64,000 nt of DNA from contig JACPAL010000002.1 in the NCBI GenBank assembly GCA_016180855.1, positions 245,788 through 309,787 on the forward strand. The letters are read 5' to 3'. This document shows, piece after piece, positions 36,313 to 46,855 of this stretch; positions within the stretch are counted from its first letter, which is position 1, and each line of letters opens with the position of its first letter. A program made the translations under genes and the position numbers. Below the pieces are notes generated by a model. It searched no databases. It worked only from the letters and a program-made list of their open reading frames with translations, and had not been told where the DNA came from. This DNA is from Deltaproteobacteria bacterium. GTDB taxonomy: Bacteria; UBA10199; JACPAL01.

Positions 36313-38619
36313 AAGGAGACAGGTTCCAATCCCCAAGACGGCCAGGAGTCCCATCGAGAAGAGTCCTTTGTGTATCGAGAAAAGAAGCCCTGCAAAGCCA
36401 CCGGCATTAGTCAGAGAGGAGAGGAGGCAGGCAACGCCGGTATCACGCAGGACGGTCTTCAGGGAGCCACGCCCTAGTTCGCGATAACGATGCATGACAT
36501 GAATGGCGTTATCAATACTGACTCCCATGACGGTCGGAAGGATCACCATGTTGTAGAAATTGAGTTTAATGTCGAAGAAGGTCATGAGTCCCAGTAACCA
36601 AAAAACTCCCATTACGATGGAGGTGACCACGAGGGCGGTCTCTGGCATCTTGCGAAAATCCAGATAGACGAAGGTCATAACGAGTAAAAGAGAGAGAAGA
36701 AGAATTCGTGGTACATCGTCAAACATCGTTTGCAGGACGGTGCCATAAATGATGGCGTTGCTGGAGGGGTAATGAGTTTCAACAGGGGTTTTGATCTCTT
36801 TGACTTCGTGGGCAAACTGAATGGCGTTTCGACCATCGTCTAACTGGAGCCGTGGAAGGGCGTTGATAAAAAAGAGCGTTTGGCCATCGGGGAGAGAACC
36901 TTGCATGAGTTCTTTAAGCTCATGGGGAACCTCGGACTCCAAAAAAGGTCTTGTTCTGTTTAAAACCTCCTTGAATTCGTCCAATTTTTTCTTGTCCTCT
37001 CCCTTAACGAGCTTGATGGTCGGGTCGGAAAGCATCTCCTTCATTTCGTTCACGAGCTGCATTTTTTGGTCCTGATCTGCCGGAACGAGATCATAATAAG
37101 AACGGGTTGTATCAATCACGGTTTTTGGTCCTGCTTGATTTTTGAGCGTCTGAACCGTTTCTTTGAGGGCGTCTGCCTCTTCCCGGGACTTTACAATGGT
37201 GACGGCAGGATTGTTAACGCGTGTGGAGGTCTGGTGTTGTTTCTCCTTGGCAAGGCGAACCTCAGGAATGTCGGCCCGTATTTTTTTTGAGTCATATTCA
37301 AAACCGACCCGGAACGGGGAGAAGAACGAGTAAAGACTGAAGAGGAGGAAGCTTGCGAAAAGAATATGAAACCCTCGTTTTTTTGGAACCGGAACATTAA
37401 ATCCACGCAGTTCTTTTTTTTGTATTTTTAACAGACCTATTTTTTCAACAAGGAGGATGAGTGCCGGGAAAAAAGAGAAATAGAGGATAAAAAGGAGAAT
37501 GAGCCCGGTACCTGCAATCAGCCCGAATTCAGAAAAACCGCGGAACTGATTCACAATGAGGAGAAGAAAGGTGATGGCGACCGAGGCGACGGAGGTCAAG
37601 ATCGGTCGACCCATTTCGCGATAGAGATGATGAATCGCCCGCTCCACGTTTTCCCCTGAAGATCGCAAATTGTGGTAACGGCTGAACAGATGGATTCCGC
37701 TCTCAATTCCCAACCCTCCCAGAATGGCAAAAAGAAAAGAGGTGATGACACTCAGTTTCTGAATAAAGAGGGATCCAAAAGAAAAACCAAGTGGAATTCC
37801 CAGAAGGAGAGGCAGAAAAATGAGAAGAACAACGACCAAACTTCTGAAGCGGATGAGGAGAGGCAGGAAAAGTGCGAGTCCTGAAATAAGCCCAGCGACT
37901 TTCAGGTCTCGAATGAGGGCACGATATTCAAGGACTCTGCTGGGGCCGGCCAGATAAAGTTTAATGGTTGGCTCTTTTTGGGAAGGCCGTTCCTCTTCCA
38001 TAAATTCAGACAGGTGATCATAAAAAGTCGAACTGGCTGCGAGATTGTTATCGAATTCCGTTGATTGAACATACATCGTAAAGAGTGTTCCCTCTTCATT
38101 AGTGTAATATTCACTCCGTGCCGCCTCTGAATATTCCTCACGATATTTGTGTTCTAGATCAGAAAAACTGAATTCCTCCTCTCCTCCCAGGTCGATAAGA
38201 AAGCCACCCAGTTTTTCCTTCTGAATCCGCCGGTCAATCCGGTCCCGAATGCTTTGAAGGTCTTCCCGGTCAAGAAAAAGGAGTTTGTTTCGGTCAAAAA
38301 AGTCGTAACCGACTTTTCGATAGTGGACCTCATGCACAAAAGGGAGGCTTTTAAGACGACCTGCAAGGTCCTTCATGTAATGGATCGCTCTTTCGGAATC
38401 GGCTGATTCGAGAACGATACCAATGGTGATCCTTTCATGATAGGCTTCACGAATTTGATGGAGAGTTTTGACATTGGGATGATGAGGAGAGAGAAGATCG
38501 ACCGGATCAGTGCTGATTTTTTTGTAGAGATTGATAGTCGGGATGAGGGACAATCCGCCAAGGGCGAGTGAGACGATGAGGATGAACGGCCAGAATCTTG
38601 TGACGAGTCTCGAGACCAT
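36259..38619 (-). CDS. RND-superfamily exporter (MMPL/SSD family, 2 x 6 TM)
   Basis: Two TM bundles, each followed by a large periplasmic loop. Length and topology resemble HpnN/MMPL transporters. Confidence 0.7.
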   Translation of the reverse strand: MVSRLVTRFWPFILIVSLALGGLSLIPTINLYKKISTDPVDLLSPHHPNVKTLHQIREAYHERITIGIVLESADSERAIHYMKDLAGRLKSLPFVHEVHYRKVGYDFFDRNKLLFLDREDLQSIRDRIDRRIQKEKLGGFLIDLGGEEEFSFSDLEHKYREEYSEAARSEYYTNEEGTLFTMYVQSTEFDNNLAASSTFYDHLSEFMEEERPSQKEPTIKLYLAGPSRVLEYRALIRDLKVAGLISGLALFLPLLIRFRSLVVVLLIFLPLLLGIPLGFSFGSLFIQKLSVITSFLFAILGGLGIESGIHLFSRYHNLRSSGENVERAIHHLYREMGRPILTSVASVAITFLLLIVNQFRGFSEFGLIAGTGLILLFILYFSFFPALILLVEKIGLLKIQKKELRGFNVPVPKKRGFHILFASFLLFSLYSFFSPFRVGFEYDSKKIRADIPEVRLAKEKQHQTSTRVNNPAVTIVKSREEADALKETVQTLKNQAGPKTVIDTTRSYYDLVPADQDQKMQLVNEMKEMLSDPTIKLVKGEDKKKLDEFKEVLNRTRPFLESEVPHELKELMQGSLPDGQTLFFINALPRLQLDDGRNAIQFAHEVKEIKTPVETHYPSSNAIIYGTVLQTMFDDVPRILLLSLLLVMTFVYLDFRKMPETALVVTSIVMGVFWLLGLMTFFDIKLNFYNMVILPTVMGVSIDNAIHVMHRYRELGRGSLKTVLRDTGVACLLSSLTNAGGFAGLLFSIHKGLFSMGLLAVLGIGTCLLSTLVFLPMMLKILEKRS

Positions 38620-38683
38620 AAAAAACTAATCTCAGATTTTTTACTGATTGACAACTTATCGATTTGCCGTGAGAAAATGTCTT

Positions 38684-40132
38684 ATGCCTCTTATCTCTTT
38701 GGATGCTTTTCGAAGGATCCGTCAACAGGATCCTCAGGCCTCTCTTGTCCTTGAGATTCCCTTTGATTTTGAGACCCCGGTTTCTCTGTTTTCCCGCTGG
38801 AAGAATCAAAAGTATGCCTTCTTGCTGGAAAGCGTCGAGGGAGGAGAACAATGGGGGCGATATTCGTTTATCGGCCTTTCCCCCTCATCGGTTTTTCGAT
38901 GTCGTGGAAACGAGGTGGAGATTGAGGAGGGGCGTCAGAAGAAAAAAATTTCAACCCCACATCCTCTGGAAGTCCTGAGACGCTTTGTCGGTCCGTTCCA
39001 TCAAGTGTCTCACCAAAAAACTCCCCTCTTAGGGGGTGCGGTTGGTTATGTTGCCTACGATGCGGTCCGTTTTTTTGAACGATTGCCCGGAAAATCAGCT
39101 CCTGATCTGATTCTCCCTGAGTTCTGTTTCCTCAAGCCGGAGATCCTGCTGGTTCATGACAGGCTGAATCATAACTTGCAGATTCATTTTTTTCCTTCCG
39201 CAGGGCTTTCAGATCAGGAGGCCTACCGACGCGGGCGCCAGGCCATTCAAACTGTTTTAAAGGAGATTCAAAAAAGACCTCGAGGAATTACCTTGAGTGG
39301 TGGGGAAAAACTTTCCTGGAAGGCGAGTCTTTCTCAAGCTGAATTCCAAAAAAAGGTTGAAAGGATCAAGGAGTACATTCTTGCGGGTGATGTGACGCAG
39401 ACGGTTTTCTCCATCCGATTTTCAGCGAGGGGAAAGACCGACCCTTTTGCTGTTTATCGAAGACTCCGACGCATTAACCCTTCGCCGTATCTTTTTTATC
39501 TTAAATTGGGGGAGCAGCAGATTGTCGGGGCCTCTCCGGAAACAATGGTGCGGCTGGAAGAAGGGAAGATGACGCTTCGCCCCATTGCCGGAACACGACC
39601 TCGCGGGAAAACTCATTCGGAAGATCTACAACTTGAGAAAGAGCTTCTGGCCGATCCCAAGGAGAGGGCGGAGCATATCATGCTGGTTGATCTGGGTCGA
39701 AACGACTTGGGACGTGTTGCCAAACCGGGGAGTGTCACGGTGGATGAGTTGATGAGGGTCGAGCGTTACTCCCATGTGATGCATATTGTTTCCAATCTTT
39801 TCGCTGAACTGCAGGAGGGAAAAGACGCCTTTGACCTTTTATCGGCCGCCTTTCCTGCTGGCACATTGACCGGCTCTCCCAAGGTGCGGGCGATGGAAAT
39901 TATTGAGGAGCTCGAACCGGTGCGACGCGGGCTCTACGGCGGTTGCGTCGGCTATTTTTCAACGAATGGCAATATGGACATGGCGATTACGATCCGATCC
40001 GCCTCTTTTTACAAAGGAAAGGTTTATGTGCAGGCTGGAGCAGGGATTGTGGCCGATTCGGATCCTGAAAAGGAATATCAGGAGTGTTTGAATAAGGCGA
40101 AAGGGATGATGGAGGCGATCGAGGGTTCATAA
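38684..40132 (+). CDS. trpE: anthranilate synthase component I
   Basis: Chorismate-binding motifs (LVDLGRNDLGRV, GYFS..G.MDMAITIRS). Start at ATG 38684. Confidence 0.9.
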   Translation: MPLISLDAFRRIRQQDPQASLVLEIPFDFETPVSLFSRWKNQKYAFLLESVEGGEQWGRYSFIGLSPSSVFRCRGNEVEIEEGRQKKKISTPHPLEVLRRFVGPFHQVSHQKTPLLGGAVGYVAYDAVRFFERLPGKSAPDLILPEFCFLKPEILLVHDRLNHNLQIHFFPSAGLSDQEAYRRGRQAIQTVLKEIQKRPRGITLSGGEKLSWKASLSQAEFQKKVERIKEYILAGDVTQTVFSIRFSARGKTDPFAVYRRLRRINPSPYLFYLKLGEQQIVGASPETMVRLEEGKMTLRPIAGTRPRGKTHSEDLQLEKELLADPKERAEHIMLVDLGRNDLGRVAKPGSVTVDELMRVERYSHVMHIVSNLFAELQEGKDAFDLLSAAFPAGTLTGSPKVRAMEIIEELEPVRRGLYGGCVGYFSTNGNMDMAITIRSASFYKGKVYVQAGAGIVADSDPEKEYQECLNKAKGMMEAIEGS

Positions 40133-40180
40133 CGCCCCCCAACCCCCCTCTCTTAGTGTAAGAGAGGGGGACGGGGGGTG
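40133..40180. repeat. REP-like GC-rich palindromic element (core CCCCTCTCTTA-GTG-TAAGAGAGGGG, flanked by C6/G6)
   Basis: Perfect 12-bp stem between trpE and trpG. The same core recurs at 48918..48962. Confidence 0.6.
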
Positions 40181-40200
40181 AGTTATGAGAACAGAAAGGG

Positions 40201-40776
40201 ATGCCTGTTTTGCTCCTTGTCATCGACAACTATGATTCCTTTACCTACAACCTGGTTCAGTATTTTTTGGAACTAGGGGAAGAGGTTAAGGTTTTCAGGA
40301 ATGATGAGATAGGCATTGAAGAGATTCGTGTCCTGAAGCCGGGCCATTTGGTGATCTCACCGGGACCTTGTACCCCGAATGAGGCGGGGATTTCCCTTGC
40401 GGCCGTAAAAGAATTTTCAGGCAAAATTCCGTTGCTCGGTGTTTGCCTCGGTCATCAATCGATTGGCCAGGCGTTTGGGGGCAAAATTGTTCGTGCAAAG
40501 AAGGTGATGCATGGCAAGACCTCGATGATTCACCACGATGGAAAGACCCTTTTTCAAAACATTTCCAACCCCTTTGAAGCGACCCGGTATCATTCGCTCG
40601 TCATCGAAAGAAAATCACTTCCTGATTGCCTGAAAATCACCGCCTGGACCGAGGAGGGGGAGATTATGGGGGTTCGTCACGAAAAACTGTTCGTGGAAGG
40701 GGTGCAGTTTCATCCCGAGTCGATCTTGACGATCGAGGGCAAAAAATTGCTTAAGAATTTTCTAGAGATGAGATGA
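40201..40776 (+). CDS. trpG: anthranilate synthase component II (glutamine amidotransferase)
   Basis: Class I GATase with GVCLGHQ and catalytic His/Glu. Confidence 0.9.
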   Translation: MPVLLLVIDNYDSFTYNLVQYFLELGEEVKVFRNDEIGIEEIRVLKPGHLVISPGPCTPNEAGISLAAVKEFSGKIPLLGVCLGHQSIGQAFGGKIVRAKKVMHGKTSMIHHDGKTLFQNISNPFEATRYHSLVIERKSLPDCLKITAWTEEGEIMGVRHEKLFVEGVQFHPESILTIEGKKLLKNFLEMR

Positions 40777-41780
40777 ATAGAGTCTTCCTTGAAAAGTTGT
40801 CTCAAGGTGATTCCTTGACCGACGCCGAAATGGTCTCGGCCATGAAAGAGATCATGTTGGGGAGGGTGGCTGAGGAAGAGATTGTTAATTTTCTTACATT
40901 GCTTCGTAAGAAGGGGGAGAATCCAGAGGAGATCCTGGCGGCTGCCACAGTACTCCGGGAATTTTCTGTTCGTGTGAATGTTCCAACGGACAATCTGGTC
41001 GACACCTGCGGCACCGGAGGGGATGAAAAGGGCTCTTTCAATATCTCCACTGCCGCCGCCTTTGTGGTGGCTGGTTGCGGAGTGGGCGTTGCCAAGCATG
41101 GAAACCGGGCGGTCAGTTCGAGGTCCGGCAGTGCCGATGTTTTGGAGGCGTTGGGGGTTCGGATCGATGTAGAGCCGGTGGTCATGAGGCGTTCGATTCA
41201 GGAGGCGGGGATCGGCTTCTTTTTTGCTCCGCGCTATCACCCGGCGATGAAGAATGTTGCCTCGGCACGAAAAAAAGTTGGCAAGACAATCTTCAACCTG
41301 CTCGGTCCGCTGGCGAACCCCGCCCAGCCGATCTTTCAGGTTGTGGGGATTTATGATCGTTCCCTCATGAAGAGGTATGCGGAGGTACTGAAGCGGCTCG
41401 GGCTCAAGCATGCCCTTGTGGTTCATGGAGAGGACGGGATGGACGAACTGACGCTTACCGGAAAAAGCCATATTGTTGAGTTGTGGGACGATATCATCCG
41501 TGAATACTCGGTGGATCCACGCGATTTTGGCCTGGAGCTGTGCCACCCCTCAGACCTTCAGGGGGGCGATGCCTCCTATAATGCCAATCTCCTGCGTGGA
41601 TTGCTGGAGGGATATGTTTCTCCGTTGCGGGATGTGGTCCTTCTGAATGCTGCGGCGGCGCTCATCGCTGCCAACCGGGTTAAGGAGTTTGGGGAGGGAT
41701 TGATGCTGGCGAATCATGCGTTGGACCAAGGCAGGGCGCGTGGTTGTCTAAAAAAACTTATAGAGATAACGAATGAATGA
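40773..41780 (+). CDS. trpD: anthranilate phosphoribosyltransferase
   Basis: GTGGD motif and an overall TrpD pattern. Confidence 0.9.
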   Translation: MNRVFLEKLSQGDSLTDAEMVSAMKEIMLGRVAEEEIVNFLTLLRKKGENPEEILAAATVLREFSVRVNVPTDNLVDTCGTGGDEKGSFNISTAAAFVVAGCGVGVAKHGNRAVSSRSGSADVLEALGVRIDVEPVVMRRSIQEAGIGFFFAPRYHPAMKNVASARKKVGKTIFNLLGPLANPAQPIFQVVGIYDRSLMKRYAEVLKRLGLKHALVVHGEDGMDELTLTGKSHIVELWDDIIREYSVDPRDFGLELCHPSDLQGGDASYNANLLRGLLEGYVSPLRDVVLLNAAAALIAANRVKEFGEGLMLANHALDQGRARGCLKKLIEITNE

Positions 41781-41859
41781 GAAAAGCTATTTTTCAACAC
41801 ACCCCTTATCACTTTGAGAAACCATTCTCATTTTGATAATAAGGTCTATCTCTTGGATT

Positions 41860-41888
41860 TTGACCAACCCATTTTCTTTTGTTATAGT
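41860..41888 (+). promoter_or_regulatory. candidate sigma-70 promoter TTGACC-N17-TATAGT
   Basis: Near-consensus -35 and -10 with a 17-nt spacer, inside a 180-nt AT-rich intergenic region. It is upstream of the inserted secreted-protein cassette. Confidence 0.45.
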
Positions 41889-41961
41889 AATAACTTACAG
41901 ATCGGCATTGGGAAAGCCTTGGCATGTCTATTGCTCATTTGACTATCTATACAGGGGCTTT

Positions 41962-44100
41962 ATGAGGCTAGGCCAGATCTTCTTCATCCTTTTTTTGTTA
42001 GTAAGACCTCTCCTCGCGGAACAATCTTTTCGAGCAGGTCAAGATTCGCAACGTCCAACGACAATCTCTCCGGCACTCGGCCAAGGCGTGAGCGAGATCC
42101 GGTATAACCAGATCAAGACGCCGCAGTTTCTTTTTGAAGAGATTTTACCGGAGGCCTCGATCTTGAACGGTGGTCTGGGGAATGGGAGAGGGGGAAATCC
42201 CGATCCATCCTACTTTTGCAGCGGTCAGGATGAGGTGATTGCCTACCGCAGGCAGATGGGGTTAGGCGGAGCAGAAGAATTTAATCCAAATGTGGGGGCG
42301 GGAAATCAGGGCAGTTATAGAGTGGCCCGGATTATTGATCGCTGTCGGACAGAAGGGGGCTGTGGTTCCGTTCCGGCGGATGGAAAATCATTTCTCATTG
42401 GCTCTCCCAAATATGCAACGAACTGTCACCCGTGGGGGGAGGGCCGGTTTTGGGACAATACGGCGCTTCAGAGCCCAAGCGTTCGTGAGAATTCTTTCAG
42501 CACTCCACCGAATAACCCCCTCCATTTCCGCTGGTCCTGGAGGAACTATATCGATGATGGAAAAAGCCTCCTGTTTGGCCGGTACCTTTTTCACCAATTG
42601 GCAGAGAACCTCACGGGAGACCGATTAAGAACCGAGGCGGTGAACCGGCTCTCCCTCCGGATGAATGCGACCAACCGGTATGGAAGGGACGAGGCGGATC
42701 CTTATCTTGTTTATGCAACCCCTCCGCAATTTCTGGATATCCCGTATAGTCTGGATCATCTCACCTGGGGATTTACCTGTGCGGAGATTGCCAGGAACGG
42801 TGGTTACCAATCGAACCCCGTTTTTAGGGGTCGAAGCTGGGCGGCCACTGGAAGAGATCAGGCGATGGACGTGGAGTGGCTTGACCATCACCGAACCCTG
42901 CTCGAATTTGTCCGGGACGATTTAGGGTCCCGAATAGCGCGGAGGGATTTTGGGAATATCTATCCGCGAGTCCCGGGGGATGTTCGAAACGGGTTGACCG
43001 TAAACGAGCGGGGGATAGCAGAGATTGTCGTGAATATCTGGACAATCTTAAACAAGATGCTCTCGCGCGTGGAGTGGGGAGCTTGTACCGATGCGACCTG
43101 CCGGGCGCGGCAGCGGTTCCGCTCCCTGTTTGGGTTAAGAAGGATCGAGATCCGGAGCTGTCGTGAGTTAGCCGGCGGCTCCCTCGTCGATTACCGCCAC
43201 GAGGAACGGCTGCTTTGTGTCAAATCCGAGATAGCGAGCGATTGCCACAGCAAGCGGGCGAAAGAGGCCGACTCTCATTATAATGTTCATGGGGAGGGGC
43301 TCTGGGGGGCTGCGGGAAGATGTTTCCTTTCTTATGGGGAATGGCGGGGTGGCGGAATCTACGAGCGGGCGTATGAGACCGCTCAGGGGTACCAGCTCCG
43401 GGATCGTGGGGAGACGATCGGTGCGATCCATGGGAACGTCGGTTATCGGTCACCGGATGGTTACAGCCCCGTGATCGCCTCGTTGATAGCTCATCAATTG
43501 GTTCATGCCTATTTTCAAAGGGAGCTGGAGATGAACCGGATGATCGGTTGGCCAAACAACCCGGAGGCACTCTACGAGGAGGAGCTTGCCGTGATGGCAC
43601 AGGCGGCGGTCTTCACGCATCTGCGCTGGATGGGGTATGCCGACAAGACATTTAAAATGGAGAAGGAGGGGTTTATCCGATCGATCACGCGTGCGACGCC
43701 GGGGAATCGGAACTCCCGTGTGGTCGATGCGACAATGGGGGAACGGTTTTTGTATCCACAGGGGTGTCGTGGGTATGGCGGGATTTTTTTGGGCCCCTTT
43801 TGCGCCAACATGAGATCGATCTACAGTGCACTCCGGAACGAACGGAATCCGGAATTGGCGCGTATGCTGGCGCTCTACCATGCGAAGGGGCCGACGCTCA
43901 CGCCACCGGCACGGATGATGGTGAATGGTCAGGACCAGGCGTTTCGCCTCGCGAGCGATCAGGCTGAGGTGATTCAACCGGATGCCGGGCGAATGCAGCA
44001 GATGAGGGAGGGGGAACAGAGGATGCAGGATTCCTCCCCCACCCCTGAAGAGATGTCGGATGACCCGCAACCGTTCCGGTTTGAGGGAGACGTAGAATGA
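41962..44100 (+). CDS. secreted hypothetical protein (712 aa)
   Basis: Signal peptide MRLGQIFFILFLLVRPLLA at ATG 41962. Many Trp/Arg/Cys residues. No recognisable catalytic motif. Confidence 0.55.
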   Translation: MRLGQIFFILFLLVRPLLAEQSFRAGQDSQRPTTISPALGQGVSEIRYNQIKTPQFLFEEILPEASILNGGLGNGRGGNPDPSYFCSGQDEVIAYRRQMGLGGAEEFNPNVGAGNQGSYRVARIIDRCRTEGGCGSVPADGKSFLIGSPKYATNCHPWGEGRFWDNTALQSPSVRENSFSTPPNNPLHFRWSWRNYIDDGKSLLFGRYLFHQLAENLTGDRLRTEAVNRLSLRMNATNRYGRDEADPYLVYATPPQFLDIPYSLDHLTWGFTCAEIARNGGYQSNPVFRGRSWAATGRDQAMDVEWLDHHRTLLEFVRDDLGSRIARRDFGNIYPRVPGDVRNGLTVNERGIAEIVVNIWTILNKMLSRVEWGACTDATCRARQRFRSLFGLRRIEIRSCRELAGGSLVDYRHEERLLCVKSEIASDCHSKRAKEADSHYNVHGEGLWGAAGRCFLSYGEWRGGGIYERAYETAQGYQLRDRGETIGAIHGNVGYRSPDGYSPVIASLIAHQLVHAYFQRELEMNRMIGWPNNPEALYEEELAVMAQAAVFTHLRWMGYADKTFKMEKEGFIRSITRATPGNRNSRVVDATMGERFLYPQGCRGYGGIFLGPFCANMRSIYSALRNERNPELARMLALYHAKGPTLTPPARMMVNGQDQAFRLASDQAEVIQPDAGRMQQMREGEQRMQDSSPTPEEMSDDPQPFRFEGDVE

Positions 44101-46700
44101 AGAGGGCTCTCTTTTTGTTCCTCACACTTTTTTTGATCTCGCGGATCGCGACAGCGATGGAGATCCCTCCCCGTTTGAACCTGTTCCATGATGAGGAGGA
44201 ATCGGGGTGTCGAACAGAAGAGGTCCAATCCCGGGGCGACGATCCAATCCTGCGTGAAAACGACTGTCACCGTGAGATCTGTGGCGGGAATTTCTGGGGA
44301 CTCTCGGCAGTGGATGTTTGTTGCAATGATCAGGAGATCATTGAGGGGGGGATGACCTATAACCGATGTTGGATGAGGAGACCGACCCGGTATCGGGCGG
44401 AGGAGGCGTGGAGGGATGTTTCATTTCCGCGTCGTATTGAAAATCCGATCGGTTGTGGCAATCATCTGGTCTCTGTCGAAGAATATACGGGGTCGGAAAC
44501 AACTCTTGCCGATTTCATCCTTCCAGATCTTTATGCCGATCCGGCGGAAGCCTCTCAGTCACCGTTCCCCTGGTCTGGTGTGGAGACACTGACGGTCTCG
44601 AATACGGCCGCTGTTATTGCCGATATCATTGAGGTTGCCTTGGCGAATGGAGATCCTCAGGAGGTGGGGGAGGAAGGTTCTCTGTTCAGACGGTGGGTGG
44701 AGGATACCTGGATGGCCTCCCGGTTCGTGGCCCATGTGATGTCCCCTATCGGGTTTCCGGTCTGTCCACCCCAACTGACCGGGCTCTGTGATTTTATCGG
44801 GCACCGGGTGGAGGGAAACTGGGCCAATCTGATCAGCACTTGGGGATCGACCCATCACTTGAACAGTTTTGTGATTGAGAGAGAGTTTGCCAACCCAAAC
44901 CTGCTCGCGCTTGTCATGGGGATCTCGATTCATGAGACAACGCATATCCTGTTTCATTGGACCCGCGGGCTTTTTGAGGATTTTACGAGCCCCGCTTTTG
45001 ATTACAATTTCATCTCGCCTCCTGATCCGGTGCTCAATTATGAGGATGAGATGTCCGCCTCCATGGTTGGTATCATTGCCTTTCATTTTCTATCTCCCGG
45101 GGTTCGGGGAATGTTGCCGGCGGAGATGCGGTATGTAGAGAATTCTTATGAAAATATTTTTGCGAATCTCCTTGTTGATGGAGGTAACAATCTTGCTGAA
45201 AGACTTCAGGAATCTTATGTGTACACATTTTTTTGGACGTCTTTGACCCCGGAACAACAGAACGAAATCCTTGGGTGTGTTGACTGGATGTTTGAGCACT
45301 CCAGTGGTCGCTTATCACCCAACGATCAGGAGGCGTCCAGGAATATGTTGGTCTTCTGTATTGGAGAGGAACTGGGTAACACGGATGCGGTGGCCCTCCT
45401 GCAGCAGCTGAACAACAGATTGCTGGGAAGGGGGGGTGGAAACGGGATTGGAAGTGGGGGAGGAGGGGATGGCACGTTGGCGATCAGTCCCCACGCCGAT
45501 CTCCATCATGATTATCTTGAGAGCCCGGACGTAGAGGGCGGACCCGGCGGTTCCTCTGAATATGAGGCCCCTGCCGAAGGGTTTGACTGGGACTACCCCG
45601 GCAACTTTCAGGGCCCGAATGACCCGAACAACTTCCCTAATCAGAACTACCCCCCTGAATCCTGTGTGGAGGCGATGGCAAATCCAACCTTCGCTGATCT
45701 CATCCCATCGGAGTGTGCCAACTGGTGCTGGGACCATTTTGAGGGGGGACGGGATGGCAATGGGATCTGTGAGCGGATCACCAATAGGGATGTAGAGGAA
45801 GACTGCCGGCTTTCAACAGGGGGTCGGTGTGAGGCGGGGGAGGCGACTCGAAGAGGGGATTGTGAGACGGATCGTTCATACCAGACCTCTGATTTTTGTG
45901 TCGATGCTTGTGGGAGTTCCGGGAGTCTTGGCTATTGTGATGACCTCTGTCTGCAGAATCATACCTACCGGTTCTGCGATAATATCTGCCGGCGTGGGGA
46001 TAACTACGGGCTTCCGTTTTGTGATGAGATCTGCCGGGACGATTTCTCACCTGATTTTTGTTGGAGTCGGTGCCGGTATGTGAGTGACTCCCCAGGGTAT
46101 TGCGAGTCTATTTGTAATGCGACTCCTCGGAGTGATATGTGTGATCGCCGTTGTGAGAGGAACTTTGCGGGTTATTGTCGAACGAGGTGTGATGAATCAC
46201 CCGGTCTGGGGTTTTGCGAGGAGTGGTGTGAGGAGCGTCCGACCGAGTCGTTTTGTACGCCGGAGGAGGGGGCGGGCGGTGAGAGTGAGATTGTCGGTTC
46301 TGACGTGATCGACTGCCCGGTCGGTTGGTTTACGACAATCGGGACGTTGTATATGAATGATATTGATCTCATCCGGTGGGATCTTGGTGGGTCGGTAGAC
46401 GAGGTTCAGGAGGAGGTGTTGCGGGCGTATCTGGAACACTACGACCATTGCGATCCGTATGTGGGGCGGATGATCTGTTGCCGCCTGGCAAGGGGGGAGG
46501 AGGTCTGCCTCCCCGATGGAGACAATGATGCCTGTGAAGAGGGGGGATACTGTGGTTGCCCTGTTCTTACTCCTAATGAAGAAGTCTTTGAGGGGTGTTG
46601 TATGCATCCAGACGACGGGGTGATAGCGGATCATCAGTGCCTGTTGATGGGGGAAGGCTGTTCTTGTCTCCGGCAGGCGATCAGGGGGTCTTGTTGGTGA
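44097..46700 (+). CDS. secreted Cys-rich repeat protein (867 aa) with HExxH motif
   Basis: Signal peptide MKRALFLFLTLFLISRIATA. HETTH is present at about 44920. Nine tandem repeats of roughly 13 aa with pattern [FY]-C-[DE]-x-x-C, then a second Cys-rich C-terminal domain. Confidence 0.6.
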   Translation: MKRALFLFLTLFLISRIATAMEIPPRLNLFHDEEESGCRTEEVQSRGDDPILRENDCHREICGGNFWGLSAVDVCCNDQEIIEGGMTYNRCWMRRPTRYRAEEAWRDVSFPRRIENPIGCGNHLVSVEEYTGSETTLADFILPDLYADPAEASQSPFPWSGVETLTVSNTAAVIADIIEVALANGDPQEVGEEGSLFRRWVEDTWMASRFVAHVMSPIGFPVCPPQLTGLCDFIGHRVEGNWANLISTWGSTHHLNSFVIEREFANPNLLALVMGISIHETTHILFHWTRGLFEDFTSPAFDYNFISPPDPVLNYEDEMSASMVGIIAFHFLSPGVRGMLPAEMRYVENSYENIFANLLVDGGNNLAERLQESYVYTFFWTSLTPEQQNEILGCVDWMFEHSSGRLSPNDQEASRNMLVFCIGEELGNTDAVALLQQLNNRLLGRGGGNGIGSGGGGDGTLAISPHADLHHDYLESPDVEGGPGGSSEYEAPAEGFDWDYPGNFQGPNDPNNFPNQNYPPESCVEAMANPTFADLIPSECANWCWDHFEGGRDGNGICERITNRDVEEDCRLSTGGRCEAGEATRRGDCETDRSYQTSDFCVDACGSSGSLGYCDDLCLQNHTYRFCDNICRRGDNYGLPFCDEICRDDFSPDFCWSRCRYVSDSPGYCESICNATPRSDMCDRRCERNFAGYCRTRCDESPGLGFCEEWCEERPTESFCTPEEGAGGESEIVGSDVIDCPVGWFTTIGTLYMNDIDLIRWDLGGSVDEVQEEVLRAYLEHYDHCDPYVGRMICCRLARGEEVCLPDGDNDACEEGGYCGCPVLTPNEEVFEGCCMHPDDGVIADHQCLLMGEGCSCLRQAIRGSCW
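45894..46262 (+). repeat. nine in-frame tandem 39-42-nt repeats encoding [FY]C[DE]xxC modules
   Basis: FCVDAC / YCDDLC / FCDNIC / FCDEIC / FCWSRC / YCESIC / MCDRRC / YCRTRC / FCEEWC visible in the translation. Confidence 0.7.
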
Positions 46701-46855
46701 TGGGCACCTCGAAAAACTACCCATCTGCTGTGTTGCCCGCTTCGGCCGTGTCCTCACGTACCACGAAAGTACCCTCCGGTCGCGGCCTTGAGGGCGCCTT
46801 GCATCTGGGCCGTTTTTCGGGGTGCCCGAAAATTTGCATTATTAGGGGTTCCCTG

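Noticed and set aside
38651-38680. TTGACA hexamer upstream of trpE as a sigma-70 promoter
   Set aside because: No acceptable -10 hexamer lies at 16-18 nt spacing (GAGAAA), so it cannot be supported from sequence alone.
43470-43500. HQLVH in the 712-aa secreted protein as a zinc-protease active site
   Set aside because: It is HQxxH, not HExxH, and lacks the catalytic glutamate. It is at best a degenerate paralogue of the HETTH site in the neighbouring protein.
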